Both the position numbers and the translations under genes were made by a program. A stretch of DNA of 64,000 bases from positions 256,001 to 320,000 of the forward strand of contig CAVPIB010000001.1 of NCBI GenBank assembly GCA_963704885.1. The letters run 5' to 3'. This DNA comes from an uncultured Actinomycetes bacterium (lineage in GTDB: Bacteria > Actinomycetota > UBA4738 > HRBIN12). Positions within the stretch are counted from its first letter, which is position 1; every line of letters begins with the position of its first letter. Under the pieces are notes generated by a model. That model saw only the letters and a list, made by a program, of their open reading frames with translations. It ran no database searches and was not told the DNA's origin. Shown here piece after piece: positions 50,718 through 60,918 of the stretch.

Positions 50718-52352
50718 ATGTCGGCGAACATCTACGACGCGATCGTGATCGGTGGGGGTCACAACGGCCTGGTCGCGGCCGCGTACCTGGCGAAGTACGG
50801 CGCCCGGGTCGTGGTACTGGAGAAGCGGCACAAGACCGGCGGGGCCGCCGACACCATGGAACCCTGGCCCGACGAGCTGCCCGGCGTGAAGGTCAACACC
50901 CTCAGCTACACGATGTCCCTCATGCCGCCGTCGGTGCGGCGCGACCTCCAGCTGGAACGGCACGGCTTCAAGCTGTTGCCTCTTGGTCAGGGCTACCTCC
51001 CGATGCGCGGTGGTGGGTCGATCGTCCAGGCGGAAGACGAGGCGAAGACGCGCGCATCGATCGAGCGTCTCTCGAAGAAGGACGCCGACGCGTACTTCGC
51101 GTTCTACGGATGGATCGCCCGGGTCGCCGACATCCTGGGGCCGATGCTGATGCAGACTCCGCCGCATCTCGGCTCGAAGAAGCCGAGCGACATCAAGGAC
51201 GTCGCGCAGCTGGGATGGACGCTCCGTAAACATGTGGACGAGAAGACCGTGGCCGACATCACTCGCCTGTTCACGATGAGCGCGACCGATCTGCTCGAGC
51301 GCTGGTTCGAGACGCCGGAGATGAAGGGTTTCATGGCGGTGAACGGCATCATCGGCACCTGGGCCGGACCGGACGCGCCGGGAACGGCCTACGTCTTGAT
51401 GCACCACTCGGTGGGGGACATCGGCGACGGCGAGGTCGCGAGCTGGGGGTTCGTAGAAGGCGGGATGGGGGCCGTCGCCGAGGCATGCGAGCGCTCGGCC
51501 CGCGCGTTCGGCGCCGAGATCCGGACCGAGGCCGGGGTCGACCGAGTGCTGACGGTGAACGGCCGGGCTCGCGGCGTGACGTTGTCGAGCGGCGAGGAGC
51601 TCTTAGCGCCCATCGTCATCACCACATGCCACCCGAAGATCACGTTCCTGCGTCAGCTCGATCGTGCGGAGCTGCCGGAGGAGTTCGTGCACGACATCGA
51701 GCACTGGAAGACGCGCAGCGGCACGGTGAAGGTCAACCTGGCGATCAGCGAGTTGCCGACGTTCACCGCCGATCCCGAGTTCGACCCCGAGATCCACGGC
51801 GGGGCCATCCAACTGCTCGACGACGTCGAGCAGTTGGAGGAGGCCTATCAGGATGCGCGATTCGGGAAAGCGTCGCGCCGGCCGTTCAGCGATACCGAGA
51901 TCCCGACGGTCGTGGATCGCACGCTCGCGCCCGAGGGGATCCACACAGTCTCTATGTTCAGCCAGTGGGTCCCGGCGTCCTGGGCGGACGACGAAGATGA
52001 TCACATCGTCGAGCTCGATGCGTACGCGGACCGGCTGATCGGCCGGTTCGACGAGGTGGCGCCCGGCTTCAAGGACTCCGTGCTCGCGCGACAGATCATC
52101 GGCCCGAAGCAGATGCAGGAGGGCTGGGACCTGATCGGCGGCAACATCTTCCACGGCGAGCTCACCGTGGATCAGCTCTTCCACATGCGCCCGGCGCCGG
52201 GGTACGCGGACTACCGGACGCCGATCCGCGGCCTGTACCAGGCGTCGAGCGCCACACACGCTGGGGGTGGTGTAACCGGCATGCCCGGGCATCACTGCGT
52301 CCGCGAGATCTTGAAGGACAAGGGCGCCCGCAAGAGGAACAAGAACCGGTAG
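50718..52352 (+). CDS. Phytoene dehydrogenase-like NAD(P)/FAD oxidoreductase, paralog 3
   Basis: Same motif set as 6394..8034 (HKTGGAADT, GIIGTWAGP..PGTAYVLMHH, HPKITFL, GGNIFHGEL). Confidence 0.92.
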   Translation: MSANIYDAIVIGGGHNGLVAAAYLAKYGARVVVLEKRHKTGGAADTMEPWPDELPGVKVNTLSYTMSLMPPSVRRDLQLERHGFKLLPLGQGYLPMRGGGSIVQAEDEAKTRASIERLSKKDADAYFAFYGWIARVADILGPMLMQTPPHLGSKKPSDIKDVAQLGWTLRKHVDEKTVADITRLFTMSATDLLERWFETPEMKGFMAVNGIIGTWAGPDAPGTAYVLMHHSVGDIGDGEVASWGFVEGGMGAVAEACERSARAFGAEIRTEAGVDRVLTVNGRARGVTLSSGEELLAPIVITTCHPKITFLRQLDRAELPEEFVHDIEHWKTRSGTVKVNLAISELPTFTADPEFDPEIHGGAIQLLDDVEQLEEAYQDARFGKASRRPFSDTEIPTVVDRTLAPEGIHTVSMFSQWVPASWADDEDDHIVELDAYADRLIGRFDEVAPGFKDSVLARQIIGPKQMQEGWDLIGGNIFHGELTVDQLFHMRPAPGYADYRTPIRGLYQASSATHAGGGVTGMPGHHCVREILKDKGARKRNKNR

Positions 52353-52533
52353 CCGCCATCTAACCCAGACGTTCATCGCTGTGTCAGACCGCCTCAGTTG
52401 CCTAGGCCATCCGACCCGTCCTGTCCCTCACCGGCGCGACGGCCTGATGGGGCCGAGGATGGGCCGACACCCCGATACCCCCGGCGTCGCGCTCGCCTCA
52501 GGCTCATGGGATCCCGACCGAGGGGGGACCTCG

Positions 52534-52959
52534 ATGCGCCAATGGGAGCTGATCGGCATCACCGATCAGGTATCGGTGACACCCGAGAGACACGTGGCGA
52601 ACGACGATCCGGCCGAGGGACCAGCCTTCTTCTGGACCACGGACGGTGCACTGCGCCTCAGAGGCATGAGCCGGAGCGCGGCACAGGCTATCGGCCGCCC
52701 CGTGGAGTGGTGTCTCGGACGTGACCTGCTGGACGTGTTCGGGCTGGACGGACCCAACGCGGGTCTGCTGGACGCGCATATCACCGCCCTCAGTGGGGAC
52801 ACGGCCACGTTCACCTTCCGGGGGGACCGGGTGAGCGTTCGGTGCTTCGTCCAGCCCATCACCGATGCCATGGGGAGGGCATCCGGAACGTGCTGCCTGG
52901 CTGCACGGATCGAGAACGTCGACATCCGCGACGATCCGGATCGCTCCGCGGTCGCCTGA
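52534..52959 (+). CDS. Small PAS-like domain protein
   Basis: FFWTTDGALR...GRDL..F...H..AL.G....F...V.P..D..G...G..C pattern; GAGGGG RBS. Confidence 0.6.
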   Translation: MRQWELIGITDQVSVTPERHVANDDPAEGPAFFWTTDGALRLRGMSRSAAQAIGRPVEWCLGRDLLDVFGLDGPNAGLLDAHITALSGDTATFTFRGDRVSVRCFVQPITDAMGRASGTCCLAARIENVDIRDDPDRSAVA

Positions 52960-52969
52960 TCCGACGCGT

Positions 52970-54242
52970 TCAGCCGGTGAAGGAAGCGGCGGCGTCCAGC
53001 GTGCGCTCGGCTCGTCTCTTCGTCGTGCGTCGTTCCTAGGCTCCAGAGCTCGTAGCCCGACGGCGGTAGGTACACCCCCCGCTCCAGCAGGTGGTGGAAG
53101 AACCGCGCGTATCGGTCGTGGTCGGCCGCCCGGGCGTCCTCGAAGTTGCGGACCGGCCCTTCCGTGAAGAAGACGCTGAACATCGACGAGGCGCGGTTGA
53201 TCGTGGCGGGGATGCCGGCGGCCGTGAATCGTTCGGCGAGACCGTCAGCGAGTTGTCCGGCGTGCCGCTCCAGGAACGGGTAGGGCTGTTCCTCGCGGGC
53301 GAGGTCGAGCGCGGCGATCCCCGCGGACACCGCCACCGGGTTCCCGCTCAACGTGCCGGCTTGATAGACCGGACCGAGAGGCGCGAGGTGTTCCATCACG
53401 TCGCGGCGTCCACCGAACGCCGCGCACGGGAACCCGCCTCCCATGATCTTGCCTAGGGTCGTGAGGTCCGGCATCACCTCGCACAGCGACTGCGCGCCCG
53501 AATACGCCACGCGGAAGCCGGTGATGACCTCGTCGAAGATCAACAAGGCGCCGTATCCGTCACAGAGGGCGCGCAGACCGCTGAGGAAGGACGGATCTGG
53601 GGCCACGACCCCCATGTTCGCGGCGATCGGCTCCACGATCACGGCGGCAACCGCTTCGCCTTGGTCGGCGAAGACCCCGCGAACCGCCTCGAGGTCATCG
53701 AACGGGGCGGTCAGCGTGTCCTTCGTAGAGCCTTCGGTGACGCCCGGAGATCCGGGGATCCCGAACGTCGCGACCCCCGAGCCGGCCTTCGCCAGCAGGC
53801 CGTCTGAGTGTCCGTGGTAACAGCCGTCGAACTTCAAGATCCGGTCGCGCCCGGTGAACCCTCGCGCCAGACGGATCGCGCTCATGGTCGCCTCCGTTCC
53901 GGACGAGACGAGGCGCGCCATCTCCACGCTCGGCACCGCGTCGACCAGCCGTTCCGCGAGTTGCACCTCGAGCTCGGTCGGAGCACCGAAGGATGTGCCG
54001 CGCGCCGCAGTGGTCGTGGCCGCCGCCACGATCTCGGCTCGGGCGTGTCCGAACAGCAGCGCGCCCCAAGACTGCACGTAGTCGACGTAGCGGTTCCCGT
54101 CCACGTCGAAGAGGTACGGGCCCTCGCCACGTTCGATGAAGCGAGGGGTTCCGCCCACCGCGCCGAACGCCCGGACGGGCGAGTCGACGCCTCCGGGTAT
54201 CACCTCGCGCGCGCGCGCGAACAGCGCCTCGGATGAGGTCAC
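52970..54242 (-). CDS. hemL: Glutamate-1-semialdehyde 2,1-aminomutase (frameshift near 53012)
   Basis: PGGVDSPVRAF, SGTEATM, YHGH.D, FDEVITGFR, GKIMGGG.P, YQAGTLSGNP. The corrected C-terminus AERTLDAAASFTG* stops at 52970. Confidence 0.93.
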
Positions 54243-54252
54243 AGTTCTGAGG

Positions 54253-55236
54253 TCAGCCCTCCTGCAGCCACTCGGCCGCGTCCTTGGCGTGGTAGGTGAG
54301 GATCAGGTCGGCGCCGGCGCGACGGATCGATGTCAGGATCTCCACGACGGTCCCTCGTTCGTCGAGCCAGCCGTTCTGTGCGGCCGCCTTCACCATGGCG
54401 TACTCGCCGGACACGTTGTACGCGGCCACCGGGAACGATGTGGCGTCCTTCGCCCGGCGGATCACGTCTAGATAGGGGAGTGCGGGCTTGATCATCACCA
54501 CGTCGGCGCCCTCCTCGATGTCGGCGCGCACCTCGCGGATGGCCTCGTCGGCGTTGGCTGGGTCCATCTGATAGCCGCTGCGGTCGCCGAATCGAGGAGC
54601 ACACTCGGCAGCCTCGCGGAACGGGCCGTAGAACGAGCTCGCGAACTTGGCCGCGTAGGCCATGACGCCGACGGCGTCATGGCCGGAGGAGTCGAGCGCG
54701 TCGCGGATGGCGGCCACCTGGCCGTCCATCATGCCGCTCGGTCCGACCATCTGAGCCCCCGCCTCCGCCTGCGCGACCGCTATCCGTCGGTACCGCTCGA
54801 GCGTGGCGTCGTTGTCTACGTTCCCGTCTTGATCCAGCACCCCGCAGTGGCCGTGGTCCGTGTACTCGTCCAAACAGAGGTCGGCGATGACGACGTGCTC
54901 GTCGCCCAACTCCTCACGGAGCGTTCGGAGCCCGCATTGGGCGATCCCGTCGGGGTTCCAAGCCGCGGTTCCCTCAGCGTCCTTGCGTTCCGGAACGCCG
55001 AAGAGCATGAACGCGCTCACTCCGCGCGCCGCGATCTGCGCGACCTCCTTGCGGACCGACTCAAGCGTGTGCTGGAACTGCCCCGGCATGGAGCCGATCG
55101 CCACGGGGTCGGTGAGCCCCTCCTTCACGAAGAGCGGCGCGATCAGCTGACGGGGGGCCAGGTCCGTCTCGCGGATCAACGCCCTGAGGGCGGGGGTCCG
55201 GCGCATGCGCCGAGGACGCTGTTGGGGGAAGCTCAT
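54253..55236 (-). CDS. hemB: Porphobilinogen synthase
   Basis: DLCLDEYTDHGHCG, PSGMMDG, FYGPFREA, MIKPALPYLD, AYNVSGEY. Confidence 0.98.
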   Translation of the reverse strand: MSFPQQRPRRMRRTPALRALIRETDLAPRQLIAPLFVKEGLTDPVAIGSMPGQFQHTLESVRKEVAQIAARGVSAFMLFGVPERKDAEGTAAWNPDGIAQCGLRTLREELGDEHVVIADLCLDEYTDHGHCGVLDQDGNVDNDATLERYRRIAVAQAEAGAQMVGPSGMMDGQVAAIRDALDSSGHDAVGVMAYAAKFASSFYGPFREAAECAPRFGDRSGYQMDPANADEAIREVRADIEEGADVVMIKPALPYLDVIRRAKDATSFPVAAYNVSGEYAMVKAAAQNGWLDERGTVVEILTSIRRAGADLILTYHAKDAAEWLQEG

Positions 55237-55997
55237 CCCCGGATGCTAGCGCGTCGCCGCGGTGTGAAGGCCCGCTCCAACGCCGCGACCAGGCCCTCGA
55301 TCGTGTGGGGGCGCGCCACGGCCGCGACGCGTATGCCGCGATCGCGGGCCTCTTCGGCCGTGACCGGACCGATGCACACCACCTTGGGGCTGCCGCGCAC
55401 CACGCCGACGGCTCCCACGAAGCCCCGAACCGTCGACGCGCTCGTGAACGTGATCGCGTCAACATGACCGTCGCGGAGTGCATCGCGAGCATCGACCGGT
55501 AGCGACTTGGCCATCCTGGTGCGGTAGGCATCCACTCGTTCCGGGCTCCAGCCCTTGGCGGCTAGCGCCTCCTCGAGCCCGACGGGGGCGATATCAGCAC
55601 GCGCACATAGCACCCGGCCCTCGCCGCGGGGGAACGCCCGCGCCAGCGCGCCGGTCGTGAACGAGCTCGGCGTGAGGTCGGGTCCTCGACGCGCCCATCG
55701 CCGGAACGCGTCGCTCGTACCCTCGCCGACGGTCGCGACCTGGGCGCGCAAGTCCGAGGGCTGGATCCGGGATGCGAGCATCTCCACGGTCGACCGGCTC
55801 GTGAGCGTGATCCACGAGTAGCGCCCATCGGCCAGGTCACGCAACGCTCGCGTCAGGGCGGCTGATCGCGCGGGAACGATCTCGATCGAGGGAGCCGCGA
55901 TCGGAGCGGCGCCGGCTCGACGAAGCAGCCGAACCAGCTCGGCCGACTGATCCGTCGGTCTCGTGATCAGAACGACCCGCCCGGCGAGCGGCTTCAT
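55233..55997 (-). CDS. hemD: Uroporphyrinogen-III synthase
   Basis: LAGRVVLITRP, LTS, VG..T, FTSASTV, IGPVTA; position between hemC and hemB. Confidence 0.9.
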   Translation of the reverse strand: MKPLAGRVVLITRPTDQSAELVRLLRRAGAAPIAAPSIEIVPARSAALTRALRDLADGRYSWITLTSRSTVEMLASRIQPSDLRAQVATVGEGTSDAFRRWARRGPDLTPSSFTTGALARAFPRGEGRVLCARADIAPVGLEEALAAKGWSPERVDAYRTRMAKSLPVDARDALRDGHVDAITFTSASTVRGFVGAVGVVRGSPKVVCIGPVTAEEARDRGIRVAAVARPHTIEGLVAALERAFTPRRRASIRG

Positions 55998-56892
55998 CCC
56001 TGGTTGCCAGTGACTCGAGGATCTCTTCCGCGCCTTCGGCGATGAGCGCTTTCGTTGCAAGGCCCGCGACCCCCTCAGGGGTGTCGGAGACCACCTGTGC
56101 CTGCGCCAAGCGGGAACCGTCGGGAGACACCACGACAGCGATCATCTCTATACGGCGATCGTCCACGGTGGCGAGCGCGCCCAGCGGCAGTGTGCACCCG
56201 CCCCCCAACCGCCACATCAGCGAACGCTCCGCCTCCAACGCTATCCGGCTGGCCGCGTGGTCGAGCGACGCGAGCGCCGTCAGAGTTGGGAAGTCGTCCT
56301 CGCGTGCCTGTAACGCCAGCGCTCCTTGTCCGGGCGCGGGCACCATCACATCGAAGCCCAGCGGGGCCGAGTGCTCCGGTGACGCTCCCAGGCGCGACAG
56401 TCCGGCCGCCGCGAGCACCGCGGCATCCACCACACCCTCCGCGACCTTCCGCAGCCGGGTGTCGACGTTCCCGCGCAGGTCCTGGACGGTGACCCCGGGG
56501 AACGCCCGGAGGAGTTGCGCACGGCGACGGATGCTGGACGTGCCGATCACCGCACCCGATGGGAGCGCCGGCTCGCGCAGGACCAGCACGTCGGCTGGAT
56601 CGGCTCGTTCGGGAACCGCACCGATCACCAATCCATCCTCGTCATCCGCCGGTAGGTCTTTGGCGGAGTGGACCGCGACATCGATCGTCCCGCGCTCGAG
56701 CGCGTCCAGGATCGTGTCCACGAACAACCCTTTCAGCCCTCCAGGAACGTCCTGCGACGGTTCGCCTTCGTCGCCTGATGTCGACATGGGGACCAGCTCG
56801 GCGTGGACGCCGCGATCCGCCAAGCTTCGCAACACCTCGCCTGCCTGCGCGAGCGCGAGTGGGGAACGACGGGTGCCGATCCGGAGCGTCAC
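55994..56892 (-). CDS. hemC: Hydroxymethylbilane synthase (probable C-terminal frameshift; ORF track runs to 55837)
   Basis: IGTRRSPLALAQ, KGLF, VHSAKDLP, GTSSIRR, RGNVDTRL, PAPGQGAL, GGGC..P. The natural end is expected at the ATGA overlap with hemD. Confidence 0.92.
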
Positions 56893-58166
56893 TCGGAGTC
56901 TGGGTCGATGCCGATGCCGAGCAGCTCGGCCAAGACGTCGGCGTGCATGCCGTCGGACCCGGGCTCGCTTCGCTCCTTGAGCGCCACGATCGGGTCGTGC
57001 AGTAGCTTGGCTGCGACTCCGCGCGCGAGCGACACGACGGCCTCGCGCTCATCGGGCGTGAGTGCGGCCAACCGTGCTGCGTAGCGGTCGAGCTCGGCGC
57101 TCACGGCCTCGTCGCCCCGCCGGCGTACCGCGCGTATCAGCGGCGCCAGCGCGTCCGACCGCCGACGTACCACCCATCGCCGCACTTCCTCCGTCACGAT
57201 CGCGTGTGCACGGGCCATGTCATCCGCCGTCTCCTCGGCGTGGGTGGAGAGGCGGTCCCGGATCGCCTCGATGTCGATCAACCGCACACCGTCCAGCGCA
57301 GCGACATCCGGGTCTACGTCCCGGGGAACGGCGATGTCGATCAACACGAGCGGCTCGCGGCGGCCCTCGATCGCGCCTCGAACCGCGTCCGCGTCGATCA
57401 CGATCCCTGCGGCCCCCGTCGCGGACACGACGATGGCGGCGTTCGCCAGTGTCTCCGGCAGCTCTTCAAGACCGCCGGGTTCGGCGCCCGTCATCGCGGC
57501 GAGCTCTCGTGCAGATCCGACCGAGCGATTCAGCACGCGGATATCACCGACACCACGTCCTCTGAGGTGCTTCACGGCGATGCGCGCCATCTGACCGGCG
57601 CCCACCACCACCACTCTGCATCCATCTAGCGGGCCGAGCACCTCGCTCGCCAGATCGGCGCCGACGGACACGAACGCGTCGGGTGCCGCCCCGAGCGCCG
57701 TCTCGGCCCTGGCTCGGCGACCCGCCCGCCCGGCGGCGTGGAAGAGCGCGGTGAGAACCGGCCCCGAGGCCTCCTCGCGCGCCGCCCTACGCAGCGCATC
57801 GCGCACCTGCGCGTGGATCTGGGTCTCGCCGATGATCATGGAGTCCAGTCCGGCGGCGACCGTGAACAGGTGGTCGGCTGCGTCTCGTTCCCAGTGGGAG
57901 TACAGCGGCTCGGCCAGCTCCTCCACGCCGACCCCGCGGGTCTCGGTCAGCACCCGCTTGAGCGCCAGGAAGCCCGCGTGGTACGAGGAGACGCTGGCGG
58001 TGAGCTCCACACGGTTGCAGGTGGACACGATGACCGCCTCGTCGATCGCATCCTGATCCAGGGCATGGCGATACGCCTTGGCCAGGTCGTCGTCCGCGAA
58101 CGAGAGCCGCTCCAGCAGCTCGATCGGTGCGCGACGGAAGCTGATCCCGAGGGTAAGGATAGGCAT
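56889..58166 (-). CDS. hemA: Glutamyl-tRNA reductase
   Basis: STCNRVE, GLDSMIIGETQI..QV, VVGAGQM, DIAVPRD, KLLH.P; ATG at 58166. Confidence 0.96.
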   Translation of the reverse strand: MPILTLGISFRRAPIELLERLSFADDDLAKAYRHALDQDAIDEAVIVSTCNRVELTASVSSYHAGFLALKRVLTETRGVGVEELAEPLYSHWERDAADHLFTVAAGLDSMIIGETQIHAQVRDALRRAAREEASGPVLTALFHAAGRAGRRARAETALGAAPDAFVSVGADLASEVLGPLDGCRVVVVGAGQMARIAVKHLRGRGVGDIRVLNRSVGSARELAAMTGAEPGGLEELPETLANAAIVVSATGAAGIVIDADAVRGAIEGRREPLVLIDIAVPRDVDPDVAALDGVRLIDIEAIRDRLSTHAEETADDMARAHAIVTEEVRRWVVRRRSDALAPLIRAVRRRGDEAVSAELDRYAARLAALTPDEREAVVSLARGVAAKLLHDPIVALKERSEPGSDGMHADVLAELLGIGIDPDSE

Positions 58167-58231
58167 CTGAGGTCGGCCGTATCCTAGCCGCCTGGCTCCC
58201 GGGCGGTCCGCGCGTCGGGCACGCGGCGAGA

Positions 58232-59773
58232 CTAGTGGGCGGGGGCCTCCGACGCTGTCGCGGGAGCATGCAGGGGCAGGCGAACCGTGAACGTGCTGCC
58301 TTCGCCCGGCGCGCTCTCCACCTGGACGGACCCTCCGAGATGGCGGACCAGGTCCCTCACCATGGACAGGCCGAGTCCCGCCCCCCGGAACCGGCGGGTG
58401 GCCGACGAGTCCACCTGGTAGAAGCGCTCGAAGATCCGGTCGAGCTCCTCGGGCGCCATCCCGATCCCGTGATCGCGGATCCAGAAGACCAACTCGCTGC
58501 CTCGGGCACGGGCGCCGAACTCGCACTTGACGTCGTCGGCCGAGTACTTAAGCGCGTTATCCAGCAGGTTCGACATCACGCGTCCCAACAGCTGACGGTC
58601 GGTGTGCAGCACGGGGATGTCGTCGGGAACGTCGACCGACACCCGCTCGGAGTCGGTGCCCAGACCCTCCACCGCCTCTCGGCACAGGTCCTCGAACAAG
58701 ACGCGCCCGACCGAGATCGACAGCTGATCGCTCTCCAGCTGCGACGTGGTGAGCAGGTTCTCCACCAACCCGACCAATCGGTCGCCTTGGCGCTCGATCC
58801 GCTCGAGGAACTCGTCCCGAAGCTCCGGATCCTCGGCGAACTGCGGTTGGCGCAGGGTCTTGGCGTATCCGTTCATGGCCGTGATCGGGGTCCTGAGCTC
58901 ATGGGAGACCACAGCCACGAACTCTCCCTTCATCCGGTTCAGTTCCCGGAGCTGGTCGACGGTGGCGCTCTCCTTCCTCAGCAGACCCTCCAAGCGCTCG
59001 GCCTGGTCCTTCAGAAGTGAGTTCTGCTCGGCCAGCCGATCCGTTAACACGCGACTCCGGAAGTACATCTGGCGCGCGAACACCAGCGGCGCCAGGAACA
59101 CGACGACCGACCAGGCGCCTTCCTCCACGTAGAACCTGGCGATCACCACGCCGAAGAGCGCGAGGCCGATGTAGGAGAGCAGGAACTCGCCCGGCCGGGT
59201 GCCGTGCATCTTCTTCAGGACCTGCCTCACCGTGAGTCCGTACTGGAGTGAAGCGTGCAAGGCGACGAGGATCGCGTTGATCGCGTACGCCACGACCGTC
59301 GCCGCGAGCGCGGCGGGGACCAGCTCCCACCAGGGATCGAGGACGTTCGACAGTTGATGGAACATCGCGCTACCCGCCACGACGGCGAGCGCCATCTGCG
59401 AGCGGTTCCAGAACGACCGCAAAGCCGGAACCTCGCCGCGGAACTCGTGGACGTCTGACGACCCCAAGATCGCGATCGTGCCTGCGACCGGAGGGGGGAG
59501 GAGCAAGGCGACGCCGATCATGATCGGGAACGACAACGAGAGCTCGATGTCCTGCCAGGCCGGGATCGGGATAAGGTCCACGCCGGCGATGCAGAGCGTG
59601 AAGAACAGGGCGCCCCATCCGATCGTCTCCCAGTCCGTCTGCCCTGCCTCCCACGCGAGCCAGATCGCTATAGGGGCGACCAGGACGATCTCGAGCCACT
59701 GCACGGACCGGTCGGTCGATCTGCCTTTAGCGGTCGGGCTATCAGATCGCAGCTCCAGATCCTCCAGCTCCAT
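58232..59773 (-). CDS. Sensor histidine kinase with multi-TM (MASE-like) input domain
   Basis: About 7-8 TM segments, coiled coil, VSHELRTP, NLLDNALKYS, D.GIG, IFERFYQ, GAGLGL; start overlaps the DUF5317 stop. Confidence 0.93.
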   Translation of the reverse strand: MELEDLELRSDSPTAKGRSTDRSVQWLEIVLVAPIAIWLAWEAGQTDWETIGWGALFFTLCIAGVDLIPIPAWQDIELSLSFPIMIGVALLLPPPVAGTIAILGSSDVHEFRGEVPALRSFWNRSQMALAVVAGSAMFHQLSNVLDPWWELVPAALAATVVAYAINAILVALHASLQYGLTVRQVLKKMHGTRPGEFLLSYIGLALFGVVIARFYVEEGAWSVVVFLAPLVFARQMYFRSRVLTDRLAEQNSLLKDQAERLEGLLRKESATVDQLRELNRMKGEFVAVVSHELRTPITAMNGYAKTLRQPQFAEDPELRDEFLERIERQGDRLVGLVENLLTTSQLESDQLSISVGRVLFEDLCREAVEGLGTDSERVSVDVPDDIPVLHTDRQLLGRVMSNLLDNALKYSADDVKCEFGARARGSELVFWIRDHGIGMAPEELDRIFERFYQVDSSATRRFRGAGLGLSMVRDLVRHLGGSVQVESAPGEGSTFTVRLPLHAPATASEAPAH

Positions 59774-60318
59774 CAGACCGCCTCACGCTCGACGACCCGG
59801 CGTGTTCGGCGCGGCATCGCTCCCACGATGAACCAGGCCGCTCCTAGTTGCACGCTCACGTCTCCGATCGAGATCGCCTGCTCGATCGGCGCGCCGATCG
59901 GGATCACGTCACCGAGGAAGAGAAGCTTCGTATCGGCGTCGGCCAGGTGGTGCTTGGCGCCGCCGTTTCGCACGAGGTCCTCCAGGGTCGCCTGTTGGCC
60001 CGACGCCACCAGCGCGTGCTCGGAGACGGGCATCCCGTGGTTGGCGACGATGACGAGAGCGTTCAGAGCTAGTCCCAGGAGGATAAGGACGAACCCCGAA
60101 GCGGACAGGTTCCGTATGGCGAACGCGATCAGCGCAGCGAACGACGCGGAGAGCGCGATGGTGCCGGCCGTCCCTCCGAGAGGTGCGAACTGCATGAGGA
60201 CCCCCGCGACGGCGAGACCCCACCAACGCAGACGTACGGAGGGGAAGTCGCGAACGGTACCCCCGGTCACCAGACCGAGGATGAACGCCCCGACGATCGT
60301 GAACAGGATCAAGCGCAA
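59773..60318 (-). CDS. DUF5317 family membrane protein (copy 2)
   Basis: LGLVTGG...LRWWGL..MQF; GLALNALVIVANHGMPV; GGAKHH; LGDVI..SIGD. Confidence 0.85.
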   Translation of the reverse strand: MRLILFTIVGAFILGLVTGGTVRDFPSVRLRWWGLAVAGVLMQFAPLGGTAGTIALSASFAALIAFAIRNLSASGFVLILLGLALNALVIVANHGMPVSEHALVASGQQATLEDLVRNGGAKHHLADADTKLLFLGDVIPIGAPIEQAISIGDVSVQLGAAWFIVGAMPRRTRRVVEREAV

Positions 60319-60349
60319 GTTCGCACACCTTCAGATGTCGACCTCTCAG

Positions 60350-60377
60350 TCATCGGGGGTATGTACGTGCCGCTTGA
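60350..60377 (-). promoter_or_regulatory. Candidate sigma28/WhiG-like promoter for the DUF5317-kinase operon
   Basis: Minus strand TCAA-N16-CCCGATGA. Confidence 0.45.
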
Positions 60378-60409
60378 GCGTGTCAGCCAGACAGGCGATG
60401 GATCTGCCC

Positions 60410-60437
60410 TAAAGGTCCGACAGTCACCGTCCGACAA
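60410..60437 (+). promoter_or_regulatory. Candidate sigma28/WhiG-like promoter, peptide 1
   Basis: TAAA-N16-TCCGACAA (consensus TAAA-N15/16-GCCGATAA). Confidence 0.55.
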
Positions 60438-60478
60438 CTTGGGGGCAGGAACCCCTGCGAAGGAAAGGAGCACGAGTG

Positions 60479-60565
60479 ATGGAACGCCTCAGGCGGACCC
60501 TTCTCTCGCTCGGCGCCGTCGCCGTCTTCTTGATGGCTGCGGGCGCTGGATGGCGGAACTACTAA
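60479..60565 (+). CDS. Small signal-peptide-like precursor peptide 1 (MERLRRTLLSLGAVAVFLMAAGAGWRNY, 28 aa)
   Basis: AAGGAG RBS; paralog with conserved frame 320 nt downstream; followed by a perfect hairpin; below the ORF-track size cutoff. Confidence 0.8.
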   Translation: MERLRRTLLSLGAVAVFLMAAGAGWRNY

Positions 60566-60583
60566 GTTCCGTTCCCCCCGGAC

Positions 60584-60614
60584 ACCGGGGCCGCCGCGAA
60601 GCGGCGGCCCCGGT
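60584..60614 (+). terminator. Perfect 14-bp hairpin after peptide 1
   Basis: ACCGGGGCCGCCGC-GAA-GCGGCGGCCCCGGT. Confidence 0.75.
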
Positions 60615-60736
60615 AACACCGGTCTCCCACGGCAGCGCTTGGGACCCCCTCACGGGGCCGCGTCCCGATCCAGGGATCCCCCTCGATCCTCGACCCGGAT
60701 AGAGCCTGTCGGCCACATGGGCGATAGATCGACCCC

Positions 60737-60763
60737 TAAAGGTCCGACAGATACCGCCGATGA
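60737..60763 (+). promoter_or_regulatory. Candidate sigma28/WhiG-like promoter, peptide 2
   Basis: TAAA-N15-GCCGATGA, one mismatch from the sigma28 consensus. Confidence 0.7.
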
Positions 60764-60798
60764 TCGGGGAAGGAACCAGCGAGGAAGGAGCATGAGTG

Positions 60799-60900
60799 AT
60801 GGAACGCCTCAAGCGGATCACCTTCCTGCTCGGAGCTGCGGCCGCCTTCTTGATGGCCGCGGGCATCGGCTTCGGCATGGATGGATGGCGGAACGGGTAG
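60799..60900 (+). CDS. Small signal-peptide-like precursor peptide 2 (MERLKRITFLLGAAAAFLMAAGIGFGMDGWRNG, 33 aa)
   Basis: GAAGGAG RBS; paralog of peptide 1 with an in-frame 5-codon indel; followed by a hairpin. Confidence 0.8.
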   Translation: MERLKRITFLLGAAAAFLMAAGIGFGMDGWRNG

Positions 60901-60918
60901 GTCCCGCTCTCAGGTTGC

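Noticed and set aside
52566-52969. HemL C-terminal fusion suggested by the 558-aa ORF
   Set aside because: Caused by a frameshift near 53012; the extension is antisense to the small PAS-like gene.
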